NCBI GenBank assembly: GCA_013239625.1
Contig: MU053873.1
Location: 1,874,524 to 1,938,523, forward strand
DNA length: 64,000 nucleotides
Source of the DNA: Lama guanicoe
Taxonomy: Eukaryota
Direction: 5' to 3'
How positions within the stretch are numbered: position 1 is the stretch's first letter; the number at the start of each line of letters is the position of its first letter. This document shows, piece after piece, positions 10,101-22,500 of this stretch. The notes under the pieces were generated by a model. The model made no database searches. It saw only the letters and a program-made list of their open reading frames with translations, and was not told the origin of the DNA. A program made the position numbers and the translations under genes.

Positions 10101-13100
10101 GTTACACTTCTCACAAAGTCTAGGCCAGAATCACACGTGATGATTTTTTTTTTTTAACCAGGAAAGTGATCCTCTCCAAATTAAGTTTCCCCTGACTTCT
10201 CAATCAACCCACCAAACAACTTTTATACCATGAAACTCTACGTCTCATCATGAGATTCTGTTTGCACAAAGTTGAGGTGGGGGAAGGGTGAGATTGTACA
10301 AAGGGGGGAAAAAAAAACGAAAAACCAGCCTGAATTTGGGCCTATTCAGACATCTGTTAAATCAGTGAGTATTACATGAATTTGAAATCAGTTTGCAAAA
10401 TTATCCACCTATCTTTGTAATAGGTGTGTGGCTATGGAGGAATTTCAAAACAGAGAGAGAAGGAGAAATAATGATAGATTGTAGATAAAAGATATTAAGC
10501 CTTAAAAAGTATGCCCCCGTCCACCCCTTGCAATTTTCAAAACTTGAAACTGTATTCCATAATAAGTTTATCTCTGCCGGACTTCCATTCTGTTGGTCGT
10601 TCTCGGTCTTGAAATTCGGAGCTGTCTCGAAACTCTCTTTCACCCACGTTGAAATTGGAGAGGTTCTCTGTATATGCTCTGCATGCAATCCTGCCCTTTT
10701 TGGAAGTATGATATTTTTACAGTGATGCGGGAGAAATTTTTGGAATTTCATGCTTCTCTCAGTGTTCCAGTCAGAACACAGTCAGCAGGGCTAAGAAATA
10801 CTGGACAGGCAGGATTTGAACATTGAATTTCCTTAGACGTGGGGCAGGCTTTGGGGAGGAGGAGGGGCTCCTAGTGCAGTTTTTCTGAGTCTTTTCCCCC
10901 CACTCCCGACACCGTGGAGAGACTTCTTAAGGCTCACTCAGACTTGTTTTGGGGAAGACAAGGAGCCTTGCACTCCAGCTTCCCCAAGAAATCACCCAGC
11001 ATGCCTTCTTGTGACTTTTGCAGCCTCCGGAAGATGTAACCCAAAACTTCGCAGGTGTTAATCAGGGGTAATGTAAACAGATAGGAGCCCCCTTTGTGCA
11101 GCTGACATTCCCGGCCTGCCTGCTCCCTGGCTGGTCCGGGACATACTACTACCGTTCTTTGGTGCTTGTTTAATATTTCATGGTTGTAATAAACCTGTCT
11201 TCCTTGCCCGCCTCCCGACATAAAACCCCAACACATCTGCAATTATACATTTCTACTAAATATTAATAAAGGGCATGGATGTTTTAAGGGGCTGAAGCTT
11301 ATCGGTGTTGAACTTGTCATGGTTTCTGCCACTGGATTTTTCTAGCTGTTTTGATTTTTAAATAGTGTCTGTCTTCACATATGTAGTATATTCTTACATG
11401 TTCATATATATATATATACACACACACATACAATATTTGTAGATTGAAGTGCTTTCCTCAGGATAGCTTCCTTTAACATAAATTCATTTAGATTTCTTGT
11501 GAGGCCCTTTCAGACCGGAAGTAAGAGACTGTTGAAACGTACTTCTGTTTTATTGAGATTTCTAGGAAAGGAGTGAGGGTTGGTTAATCTAATTTCTCTT
11601 TCTAGCAATAAAATTCTATGATTCCTGATATGATTTTGTTTGCCTGACAGAGGTATTTAAATTTCCACCAAGAATCTTAATAGGTCCTGAAAATACGGCT
11701 GCCCTCGCCAAGAAGTTACTTGATACTCTCTGCTGATATAAAATATACATCTTTAATAAACAGTCTGGGAGGACCAGGTGAAATAAGAGGAGGGAAAGGC
11801 TTCCCACTCTTGAGGGGCAAACTTGAGTGTTTCCTTGGGACTTCGCAGGATCTCACTCAATGCTGGAAGATTTAGCAAAATCACCTTTCTCTCCACTTCA
11901 GTGACAATAACCCCCAGTTGTGTTTGCCCACGGAGAGGTCTGCTTTGCCGAAAGCATTTAGGAGATAAATACTCCTAGTGAGGAATACTGTATTTACCTT
12001 GGTTTGGTTAATTTTAGAGATTAAAAGGCTATAGCTTTATGCAATAGGATCAAATGTCTGGGGAATGTGTGAGGGTAGGCAGGCCTCCCATGCACATTGC
12101 AACAGAAAAACACCAAGCCCTCTCATGCGGGAGGGGACCTGAATCTATGGGGGAGGGTCTCCTGAAGCCACTGGGTGTGCACCTTATATCCTTCCCGCAT
12201 TGCCCTTTGCTTGTTCCACCCAAGTCTTCAGTCTGGAGGGGCTGGAATAACCCAGCTTCATCGTTTTGACTCAAGTCAAGATTTTGACTTGCCCTGCGAT
12301 GTGTTTGTTTTAGGACGATGTCTATTTTTAGGCCCCCCTCGGGTGGACAGATTCGGGTGTAGGTTTTGATGGCTAGTGGCGGAGACGTTGATATGGACAC
12401 AAATATGCAATGGAGAAGAGAGACGTTTGGGGGAAAATTTTCAAGTTTCCTGGCCTTCTGGTACACCTTGGAGCTCAGTGAAGTGGCCTGGAGGCCGGCT
12501 GGAAGAGTGTGGCCAAGGCGAGGGTGTCTAGGCCGGGTCTGTCTGCAACCCACGGGAGGAGAGCAGGGCCCAGGCAGTTCAGCGTGGGAAGGAGCCCCCA
12601 TTCTCCTCCCCCGACCCCAGCACAGGCACATATACATATGCATGGCCAGTGTATTTCCATCAAATCATCCAGCTACTCCTTTAGTTTACCCTTAATCTGC
12701 TTTCTGAAAGCGAGTTGGGGGTGGTGGGGTGGGCAGCAGGGAGAAACTAAACCTTCAGTCTCTTTGGCCTTAGCTGACAGGTTCTGATTCTGTAAAGGAC
12801 TGAATGAGCGCAAGTCCTAAAAATAGAGGAGGATTTTGAAGATCCTAATTATGAAATCTCCGTCTCCTGGGCCTCCTGGGCCGTGGGTGACTTTGATCTG
12901 GAGTATTCCGGGAGCAGACGCACGTCACCCCTTGCTGGGTTTTGCGCGTGGAGGTGTCTCTCTGGCTGAGTTCAGCCACCACCACTCTCCGGCCAGGAGA
13001 GGAATCTTTGAATCTGCGCCCACCCCTACTCCCCCACACCCCCTCCCAGTTGTGGGAAGCGGACGCTGCTTCTCATTTATGGAAATTCCTCTCCTTTATT

Positions 13101-16100
13101 GTAATCTTTTGGTACCAACGACTTGGCGGAGACGATGCTGGGCTTTCGAATTAGTCACAGCTTTGCCTTCAGGGACCCTCTGTGTCCTGATGCACAGCAG
13201 CTCGACCGACAGTCTCCCCAGCTCAGTGTCTCTGGGGCCCCGAGAAGCTGTGAATGAGACGGGAAGGAAGAGATGGTTCTGGGACCCGGGCGGCACATCA
13301 CATTTTGCTGGATGGGTTGCCCAGCGTGGAGGTGGCCCTGATTATTTTCTGACATCGTCCAATGGCAGGACAACACACGTCCACATGCAGCCTCACGGGG
13401 CCATCGGCTACTTTAGGGTGTGGCTTAGAAGATACCCCGTGGGTGTGCACTTCAGGGGCCCAAAACTCTTTCAACTTATGCTGTGACCGGGATGGAAAAG
13501 CACAGTTAAGTTTAATAGACTTAAGTGAGGAGGGATGTTTGAGAGCCATCACTCTCACCGGGTGTCATTATTATAGGATGCCGAGGCCCGCTTTGTTTGC
13601 TGGCTTACACTTTAATCAGCGGCCTCTGAGGTTTGGGAAGCAAGTGGAGGATCTGCTCCCAACTCAGTGTTTGCCCAGAAAGGACATGGGGTGGGGGGTA
13701 GCGGGGAACCTGCCACAGGTTTTCTTGCTTCATGGAATCTAGGGGGCTCTCTCTGGGTCCTGGTAGCTTCAAGTTTTGGCCCCACAAGGCCACATCAGAC
13801 TGGCATCCCTGGTACCTACTACTTGGGGTCCGTCATAGCCCACCATCCCAAATTCTCATTCTCTTTCTTGGCTGAGAAAGCTGGTAGGTTTTCATCATCT
13901 CTGCTTCCTTGCAAAGCGGGATCAGAGGGAGAACTTTATAGCAGTCGCATGTGGATCCTTTCACGATTTATACATCATTGTAAGGACCCAAATGCCCTTT
14001 AAACATAAAGGCAATTGAATTTAACAGTTTGGAATTCTTAGCGCATTCACGGTAACAAATTGGCTCTCTGAATGTCCCAGAAGGAACATCTTACGTGGAA
14101 TAGACTTGTCCCCAAAGTAGGGGAACCTCCAATAAACATCCCAACACAAACTCTCATGGTAGAGGAAAGAGGAAAGCAGGTTTTTATGTTCTGATGGTTA
14201 AAACTCAGGGGTCCGCAAACTCAGCTCGTCCCACTTTTCCTAGAGCTGGTAGGATGGACTGTGTGACCCAAAGGCTCTGTATTCGTCCCCACCTTTGACC
14301 TCTCTGTGAAGATCTGGGACTCTTCATGGAACAATTGGCCCTGGGCTTCTGATTCTGAGGGGTGATCTCTGGTTTTCTAGGTTGTAGTTTGACTTCCCTG
14401 TGCTAGTGTTTGGTGTAGGTGGATCAAGTGTGTTGGAAAATGGTTTAGGAAAACAGAGAGACCCTTCTGGGAAGGCATCCTTGGGGCCCACTGACACTCA
14501 CGGTCTTTGGAAAGTTGGAGGGGACCAGCTTTTGTCTTTACCCTGCATGTCTCAAAAACCCTCTCCATGGTGACTCCGATATAGATGGCTGTTGTTCTAT
14601 CCTCGGAGGAAATGTGGACTAAATTGTGTGCTGAGACCCTTTCCTGCCCCCCCGAGCCCTACTCCGTCTTCCAGCAGCCTGTTTTGTGAGGACCAAGAGG
14701 CCCAGAGATGTGATCTGAAGGTTTAAAATGAGTTTTCCCTTCTCATTGTTGATCATAGTTGAAAGACTGTTTGGGTACAAAGGTTTCATTTGAGCTCGGG
14801 TCAACACTTTCACTGGTGCTGTGAGGCCAGGTGGGGGCTCAGGCCTTTCTGACACAGCTGGCTTTGCGTGGTGTGACTGGGAAAACTCGTCTGCCCCGAA
14901 GTTGAGGGCCCCAGCGTTCCTGGTCGTACTGGGGAGCTCCCGGAATGAGAGGAGATAATTAATGAGCGAACCCTTCCTCACGCACTCTTGTACACGCACA
15001 CACGTGCACACAACACACACACAGATATACACACACCCTGCCCCCTGTTCATCCAGTCATCCAGGGCAGGGCGAGATGTCAAAAAGATATGACCCTTTAA
15101 AGTTACCGTGAAGCAGTGTTTTCAGACGCCCTTGGATCTTGGAACACAAGCATTGTCGAGTGATTGGCAACGACCGCCAGGAATAAAATACTTCTGAGGG
15201 ACCATCTTATGATCAGAGAGGGGCCGGGGGAGTCCACAGAAAACATAGACTGCTTTGAAATCTCCGAAGCTCAGCCTCCCAGAGAATGTGAGGCTAGGTT
15301 AAGAATTCGCTGGGAAGTAAGAGGGTTCTACCCGGTCCGCGTGGACCGTTGGAAAAGTCCTTGAAATTGGAGGACCTGAGTCCTGATGTAGGTACTCTGT
15401 TCTTCTTTCCTGTGAGCTGGAAAGCAGAGAGAGAAACACCCCCAGTTAGGAAGACTGGATGGAGACTGGGGTGCAGTTTATTTTTTCGGAGGTGCTGGTG
15501 GAGCGATGGATGAAAAGGGGTGTGTGTGTGTGTGTGTCCATGTGAGTAGAAATGCTGTTTACCGACACAGGGTTCAGGAATGGAAAATAATTTATGAACA
15601 TGGAAGTCATTTGTAATAACACCTCCAGGGCGAAGCTGGGGGTGAGGGAATTGCCTAGGGGCTGGTGCCGGCCATCCTAAAGGATGGAAAGTTCTTGGCG
15701 GAGCTCTCATTGCTGGGTCTGGGGCTTCCACGTGACCGCAGAGGTATGGGGGAAATAGATGTGGAGGACCCAGCCTGGGGCTGATGACCGTATCGTGGGT
15801 CTGTTAGCAATCAGAGCCCCTTTCTGTGTAGTTAGTGGCTGAGCCAGACACGCGGGGCAGCGGGGGAGGAAGCCCCAGACGGGCCCTGGGTGGGTTGAGC
15901 CCTTGTAACGTGCCTGTGGCCAACTTCTCCTGCAGAGGAGCCAGCCCTACAAGGCCTGCTGCAGAAGCATCGAGTTTCACAGATGCACCCAGATCTTTCC
16001 ATAAAAGAGGGATGATGGGGATAGGAAAAAGGAGTGACTTTTCCCCTGATGACCCTGTAAAGTGACCACCGAGGCATCCCTCTCAGCTCTGAGCCTCTTC

Positions 16101-16567
16101 AGGGAACATCTTGCCTGTCACTTGACCTTAAAGGCAAGTCCCACTGCAGTGCCCACCCCCCCACAATGTATATACATTTTCTTTTTCTGAATGGTAGGCA
16201 GAAAGGGAATGAAAGTAAGTGACAAATTCAGCAAGAGGACGATTTCCCTGATTCGAGATAAGCTAAGTGTGGAAAGGAGCTGGAAAAATTAGACTTTCGT
16301 CTTTCTTCCCCTTCCGGGGATCCACGGTCCAGCCATCAGCAGCCCTGAATGCTTCTGTAGCGAAGGCTTAATTGGCTCAAAACAAATTGACCGTTTTCAT
16401 CCCCTGCGATGTAACTTTTGGTGGTTGTTTAGTATTTGAGGGAAGGGAGGCTGTGGACCAAAATCTGGCTTTTTTAAACGGGAGCAATTTCACGATCCTT
16501 ATGCCGTGACTATTTCTAAATTGTCTGGGCATAAAGCTCTGGATGCTTTCTGCCGGTTTCTGCTTGT

Positions 16568-16615
16568 TGTGCATGTGCGTGTGCATGCGCGCACGCACAC
16601 ACACACACACACACA
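16568..16615. repeat. Alternating purine-pyrimidine tract ending in (CA)n
   Basis: 48 bp of uninterrupted alternation: tgtgcatgtgcgtgtgcatgcgcgcacgcacaca... Confidence 0.9.
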
Positions 16616-16879
16616 GAGGCCTGAGAAATCTAAATAAGAAATGAAAAAATAAAATTTTTCCCACCAAGAAGCAGTGCATACCAAGTTTTGGCCCTGTTCA
16701 GTTTTAAGTAGAAGCTTATTGATCTCTATGTGGTCAATTTTTGCCGAATTTGTAATCCTGTTAGGCCTCCGGGAGAGGCATGATTAATTTACTTGTACAT
16801 TTCACTATTTTGGGTCAGTTTAGTTAATAAGCATTTATTTTGTGCTCAGTGCGTGTGAAGCATTTTGCCAGGATTAGAA

Positions 16880-16935
16880 GTGTGTGTGTCTATGTGTGTG
16901 TGCGCGCGCGTGCGCGTGTGCTCGTGCGTGCACAC
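16880..16935. repeat. (TG)n/(CG)n alternating purine-pyrimidine tract
   Basis: gtgtgtgtgtc tatgtgtgtgtgcgcgcgcgtgcgcgtgtgc tcgtgcgtgcacac. Confidence 0.9.
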
Positions 16936-19900
16936 TAATGGGCCTGCTCGCCTGTCACGGGATAAAGGCTCCCAGTCGCGTTTCCCACCACCTCCCCAGG
17001 ATGGTAAGGGAGGGCAAGTGGCCCCTTCAACCATCACTTGTCCGGGAGGAGGGAGAAAAGGCTCAACCCAGCAAACCTAGCCTCCCAGAGCCTTGGAGAT
17101 GGCCAGGGAACATTGACTTCCTTCTGGTGCCTTGGTCCCTGGAAAGTTTTTGAGTATTAATTCTTCATGGACTGGGAGCTGAGTGCAGTCATGGAGAAGG
17201 GTTAGGAATCTTAGACCTCTCTGGGGCACCTTCCATGCAGCTCCTTGACAAATGGTGGTGCTGGTTTGTGAGAGTGTGTGTGTAACTTCTAGAGAAACAC
17301 ATGGCTTGACTTCCAAAGAAGGAAGAAAAAGTATGCGTAAGTCTCGAAAGCTGGGAAAAAGAAACAGCCCGCAGCTTTGGCCTTTCGGAACACTGAGTCT
17401 CAGAAGGGGAACATGTGTCATTCTTGATGGTGTGGGCTCTTCAGCCGGGCATCTCTGGGTACCCCCCTTTCTCCCAGGGCTCCCCACGGCCTCCCTGTCT
17501 CTCTGCTTATAGATGATGGGTTAAAATGCCACTTTTATTATTTTTTAAAAGACAGATTTTGGCCATAACAATTGCAGAGCAAATGGTTTCCTGAGCCACC
17601 CCCGTCCACCCCTCCAGTTGCTTAATTCCCTGCACATCAGTTCCCACCAAGTCCTTGTCTTTACAGAGCGAGGCCCGGACCCGAGTATTTTCGGCACTGC
17701 GCCAGCCTGCAATGAACTTAAGGCGCTGAGGAAACAGGCATTTGGAGAGATGAGGATACAATTTCTTTTTTTATGTGGGCCCGTTAAAGTCTAATGGACA
17801 TCGGTGTCTGGCCTTAAATTTGGAGAGGGGCTTTATCTAACCCTTAAAACCAGAGTCGTTTCCGGTAATTACGACACCCCTGGCTAGACCACTAAATCTT
17901 CCGGCAGCTTGTCTGGAAGGCGGTGGCGGGGGTGGGAGGGACAGAGGGGCACACCTGTTACCTGTATCAGCTATAATTATGACATTTTGGGGCTCCTAGT
18001 TTCGAAGAGAGAATTTATGGACCCAGCTTTGCCGGAAGAGCGTGGCCCGAAGTGTTCTGGCTCCTGGCAGTGAAATCATGGGGGCCCCACGCTTGGTGCC
18101 CATCACAGCCCTTGTATTTCCTTAATGAATTAATTTAGCTCCCCGACATTTGGTATTAAGTAAGTAGTTATTTTGGGAATCCAAGAGAGAAAGAGCTGGA
18201 AGACTTTTATTTTTTTTAACTTTCTGGGGAAAAGAAAAAGTATCGCATTTTGAAGTTAGAGATGACTGGACAGCTCGGCGTGCGCCCCTGTGGGGGAGGA
18301 CGCTTTGGTGGGACGTGGTGGGACGTGGCAAAGCAGCCTGGCTCCATCCCCGCCTGGGTTTTTGCTTCTCCCTGGAGGGGATTTTTTTTTTCCCCGTTGT
18401 TAAGACCCGCAGAGGCCGCAACGTCCAAACTCCATGCAGTTTGTTTGCAAGTATTGTTTAGATTATTCTCACTTTTCAAATTGAGAGAAACTTAGTTTAA
18501 TGGGAAAATAACAGTATTGCTATCCTGGTGTGTTTGCTTTAGCGTTTAAAAATAGTTTGTTTTCCTATCCTGAATTTCATCCTTTCCTTGTTTGCTTGTT
18601 TGATGGAAACTCAGGAGTATATGTGTGTCGGGGCGGGGGGGGGTGTGTGGGGATAGCGGGTACACACATCTATACACATGCAGGCAGTCAAATGGTTGCA
18701 ATCATGCAACCAAAAGTCGGTTGCAATTTTAAAACTGGCTAAAGGGACCCAGAGCACTTGCTTTTAACTTAAACCATCTTGTGCCTTCCTCCCCCACCAA
18801 CACACCACTCCCAACCGCTCCAGCAATATTTATTTTCTTCCTTAAAAAAGGAATGCCGGGCCTGTTTGCTGAGGTCCCTGTTGGAATAGATTTTCAGGGG
18901 TTATGTATTAAATGTGTTTGAGGGCGATTTCGGCCCTCAGCCTGGTCGTCCCAGTACTAATGGTAGCAGGGCCTATTACAGAGAGGCAAAGAATATTGTA
19001 AATGGCTTATGCAGAAAAACCATTTAGATAAAAATGCAATTTTCCCTTCTGCATAGAGGGCTAAGAATTAATAGCACATTCTTTCTTAAATGGGTATTTT
19101 TATATTATATTTTCCTCCTAATGAAATTCTTTTCCCAAACAGGAGCATGTTTCACTTTAAACTTTAGAGTAAAATGGATCTGTTTTTAAGCCTGCAAAAA
19201 CTGACATCCCCGTTTTTAGCAGACCCCTTCCCTCCCTACTCTGCACCCAAGATTTCTGAAGTTAGATCCTGCAGCGGGTGAAGCGGTGGTTCTGTCACTT
19301 CCCTGTCCACGTGAAGGCTAAGAACAGGGAGACGGCCCGGGTTGGCCCAAATTTTGGTTTTTTTCCTTCCTTCTTCCTGGGGTGGGTTTGGGGGTATTCA
19401 GTGGGTTTCACAAATAGAGAAATTGGTCTTGAAATTCGAACTGTTTGTGCTCGGTGCCTCTCACCCCCTCACCTTCCCTGGGTAGGAGGCTCACTTCTCT
19501 TGTCCTGGGGAATTTCCCATCATCCTCTTGGTGCGTCCCTTTCTCCCTGGATTTTTCATGGCTTCGGAGGAGCCCTAGGTGCCCACTGCCTGCTCCCCAT
19601 TATGTGACAGCTGTGAAAGAGGATGCTTTTAGCCCTGGAGCACCCACTGAGGGGGCGGTTCTGTGGGCCAGCTCTCTGCCAGGGCCTCTGTGGCCATTTT
19701 GGGCTGGAGGAGTGGAAATTCAGGACTTCTTAGAAGGCCTACTTTGTGCATTCCAGCAGAACTTTGTGGCAGCATCATTGTGGAAAGTCTTTGAGAGCTT
19801 ATTTTGCTGGCTGCCATGGGCCACTGTCTGCTGACCCAGTTTTTCCTGCCAGGGTGTGTGTATGTGGAGGTATTGGGTAGACTTGCATTGGCAACTTAGA

Positions 19901-20574
19901 TGTCCAGACGTGAAGCCACAGTGTTGCCATAGATGGATGTCCTGGAACACGTGCTTGTCATTTTCACTATTGAAATAGCACGAAGGTGAAAGTTCAGGTA
20001 AAACTTTAGAATGTGGAAAAACTCCTCTTACTTTTGTGCCCTTCTCCACAACATTTTCCAGAGGAGAGGTCCAAGGCCCAGAGAGGGCAAGCAACCTGGC
20101 CAAGGTCACACAGCACAGCTGCCGAACAAGAATTGGACACTAGCTAAACCTCAGCCTTGACCTTGTCTTCCTACCTCTTGACCCCTCCCCAGGGAGCCTG
20201 CGCAGTCAGGTCCAGGTCTTCTTAAACCAGAGGTTTCCAAACCTTTTTGTAGGAAGCACCGTGACACATATTCCTGATGGGAGCAGCACTGTTCGCCTTC
20301 CTCCTTCAGACGTATAGGAGGCATAGTCTGTAGAGGAGACAATTCTTGGGGAATTAGCAGTAGCACCGGATCCTGTCGGACGAGTGGTCCAGATTTTAGG
20401 CCTGGCTCTTTGACTCTTCTGAGCTATGTGACTGTAGCCACTTCAGTGCTCCCAGCTTGGTTTCCTCATAAAATTGGAAAAAGGGAAAAATAAATAGTGC
20501 ATGTCTCATAAAAATATTATAAAGACTAACTAGGATAATTTTTGCTAAATAGGACTAAATAGGATGATTATAAC

Positions 20575-20780
20575 GATGCGGTAATGAGCACAGGCTCTGG
20601 GGCCAGACTACTTGGGTTCAAACCCCAGCAACTCCACCTCCTAGCTGTGTGACCTTGGGGAGGCTACTTAACCTCTCTGGGCCTCCATTTCCTCACCAGG
20701 GAAAGAGGGTAATAGTTCATACGTCATGGAGCAGGGAGGGTGCAGTAAGCTAATGTCTACATGAGTAGATGCTCAGAGGG
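20575..20780 (+). mobile_element. MIR SINE
   Basis: gagcacaggctctggggccagac...gggttcaaacccc...ctagctgtgtgaccttgggg...cttaacctctctgggcctc matches the MIR core; an opposite-strand MIR follows at about 20815-20970. Confidence 0.85.
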
Positions 20781-21480
20781 CTGCCCCATGCTGAGGAAGC
20801 GCTGTGCCAGCAGCAGCTTTTACTGACACCCTACTGTATGCCCAGTGTTCCACTGGAAGTGTCATATGACTCTTCAAAGTGCAAGATGGTGTTGCTGCTA
20901 TTGTTTGCCTTAGGAGTGAGGAAGTGAATTGCAGAGAGGCTGTGTGACTTGTCCTCTGCTGTGCAGTCATGCCTGCTGGAAGGGAGCCATGCCAGGCTGT
21001 ACGGCAGGCACTTAGCACGGGGCCTGGCACCAGGGACGTGCTCCGAAACGGTACAAGTCCTAGGGCAGGGCTGGGCTGGATCCCGCTGCTCCTGCAGCCG
21101 CCGTCTCAGGCCTGACTGTCAGACCCTCCCCCCGGTGGGGAGCAGTCAGACCGCATGCAGGCGTCGGTCGGCTGGCCCCGGCCTGGTGCGGGCTGCCAGT
21201 GGTCGGGCACGGGTCGCTGGCCGTGGAGTGGCAACGCCACGGTATTTTTCTTTCACCTGACAGCTCTCCCGGGCTCCCCACGGACAGTTTTCTGATCCGC
21301 GTGAGTGATGGTCAGCCTTCTTGTGGAAGGAATCTGCGAGTTGAGCCAGTCCCTGGCCCCTGAGCACTTTGCCAGGAGCCTGTGCCAGCCATAAACAGTC
21401 TGGGAGCTGCAAGAGAGAAGCTCGACTCCTGTGTCTGGCACCTCAGGTGGGGCCTCAGCACCCTGGCAGACTTGGGCTGA

Positions 21481-21483
<3 letters not shown>

Positions 21484-21570
<87 letters not shown>
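21484..21570. repeat. (GA)n microsatellite, about 40 units with one C interruption
   Basis: Directly visible; C at 21531. Confidence 0.98.
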
Positions 21571-21935
21571 CCCGGGAGGGAGGGAGCCGGGTCCCTACCC
21601 AGGTGCCCCAGTTGCCGCAGGGCGGGCTTAGCTAGCACACAAGCCTGGGTTCAAACCTGGCTCAGCTGCTTGTGCTCTGTGTGACTGCGGGCAGGGGAAT
21701 CACAGGTCACAGGACCCGCAACACAGGTGTAACCCCTGTGCCCCTCTCGGGGATCGCTGTGGGGCTGCTGAGCCCTGTGCCCTGGAGGCAGCAAGCGGCA
21801 GGGTAGGTTGGTGAGAGTGAGGGCTTTGGAATCAGCTGGAGGGACCCTTGGCCAAGTCACAGCACCTCTCCCAGCCTCAGTGTCCTCAGTGGCAAACTGG
21901 GAGCCCTGGTCCTTACACTGGGGTGAAGTGAGCTC

Positions 21936-22137
21936 CTGGGGGTCACTTGCCAGTGTCTAGAGACATTTTTGGTTGTTACCACTGCAGGGAAGGAGGGCAC
22001 TACTGGCCTTTAAAGGGTAGAGTCTAGGAACACTGCTGAACATCCTACAATGCACAGGGCCGTCCTCACCCCGCCTCCTCCCCGACAAAGAATTATCTAG
22101 CCCCACGTGCTGAAAGCGCCAAGGTTGAGAAACCCTG
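21936..22137 (+). mobile_element. MER20 (hAT-Charlie MITE), 5' end eroded
   Basis: gagacatttttggttgttac...aacatcctacaatgcacagg...caaagaattatct...aaggttgagaaaccctg matches the recalled MER20 consensus. Confidence 0.85.
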
Positions 22138-22219
22138 AACTACCGTGAGGGATTGAGGTTAGGTTCAAAATAAGCCTGAAAACGTGGTAGTAAAGTCTGA
22201 ATTCAAGGCATCTGGCACA

Positions 22220-22500
22220 TTTATTCATTCAACAAACACGTATCAAGCACTTACCCTGTGGCAGTGCTGGTTCTAGGTGCCGAGATGCCCTGGGGAACTG
22301 GATAGACAAAAGCTGCTGCCCTGACGCAGTTTACATCCCAGGGGAGGGGACAAACTGACAGACAAGCAACAAATGAGAAGGGTGAGCAGGGCCAGGGACA
22401 GAATCAGAAGAGGATGTGCATGAGAGTCCTAGACGGGAACACCAGGGAGGCTTCTGTGAGGTGGCGACTTTTAAGCCAAGACCTGAGTGATAAGGAGTCA
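22220..22500 (-). mobile_element. L2 LINE 3' fragment
   Basis: ttattcattcaacaaacacgtatcaagcacttac...gtgctggttctaggtgc, the antisense L2 tail. Confidence 0.7.

Noticed and set aside
21312..21638. ORFs with (ER)n or (SL)n runs
   Set aside because: Translations of the (GA)n microsatellite
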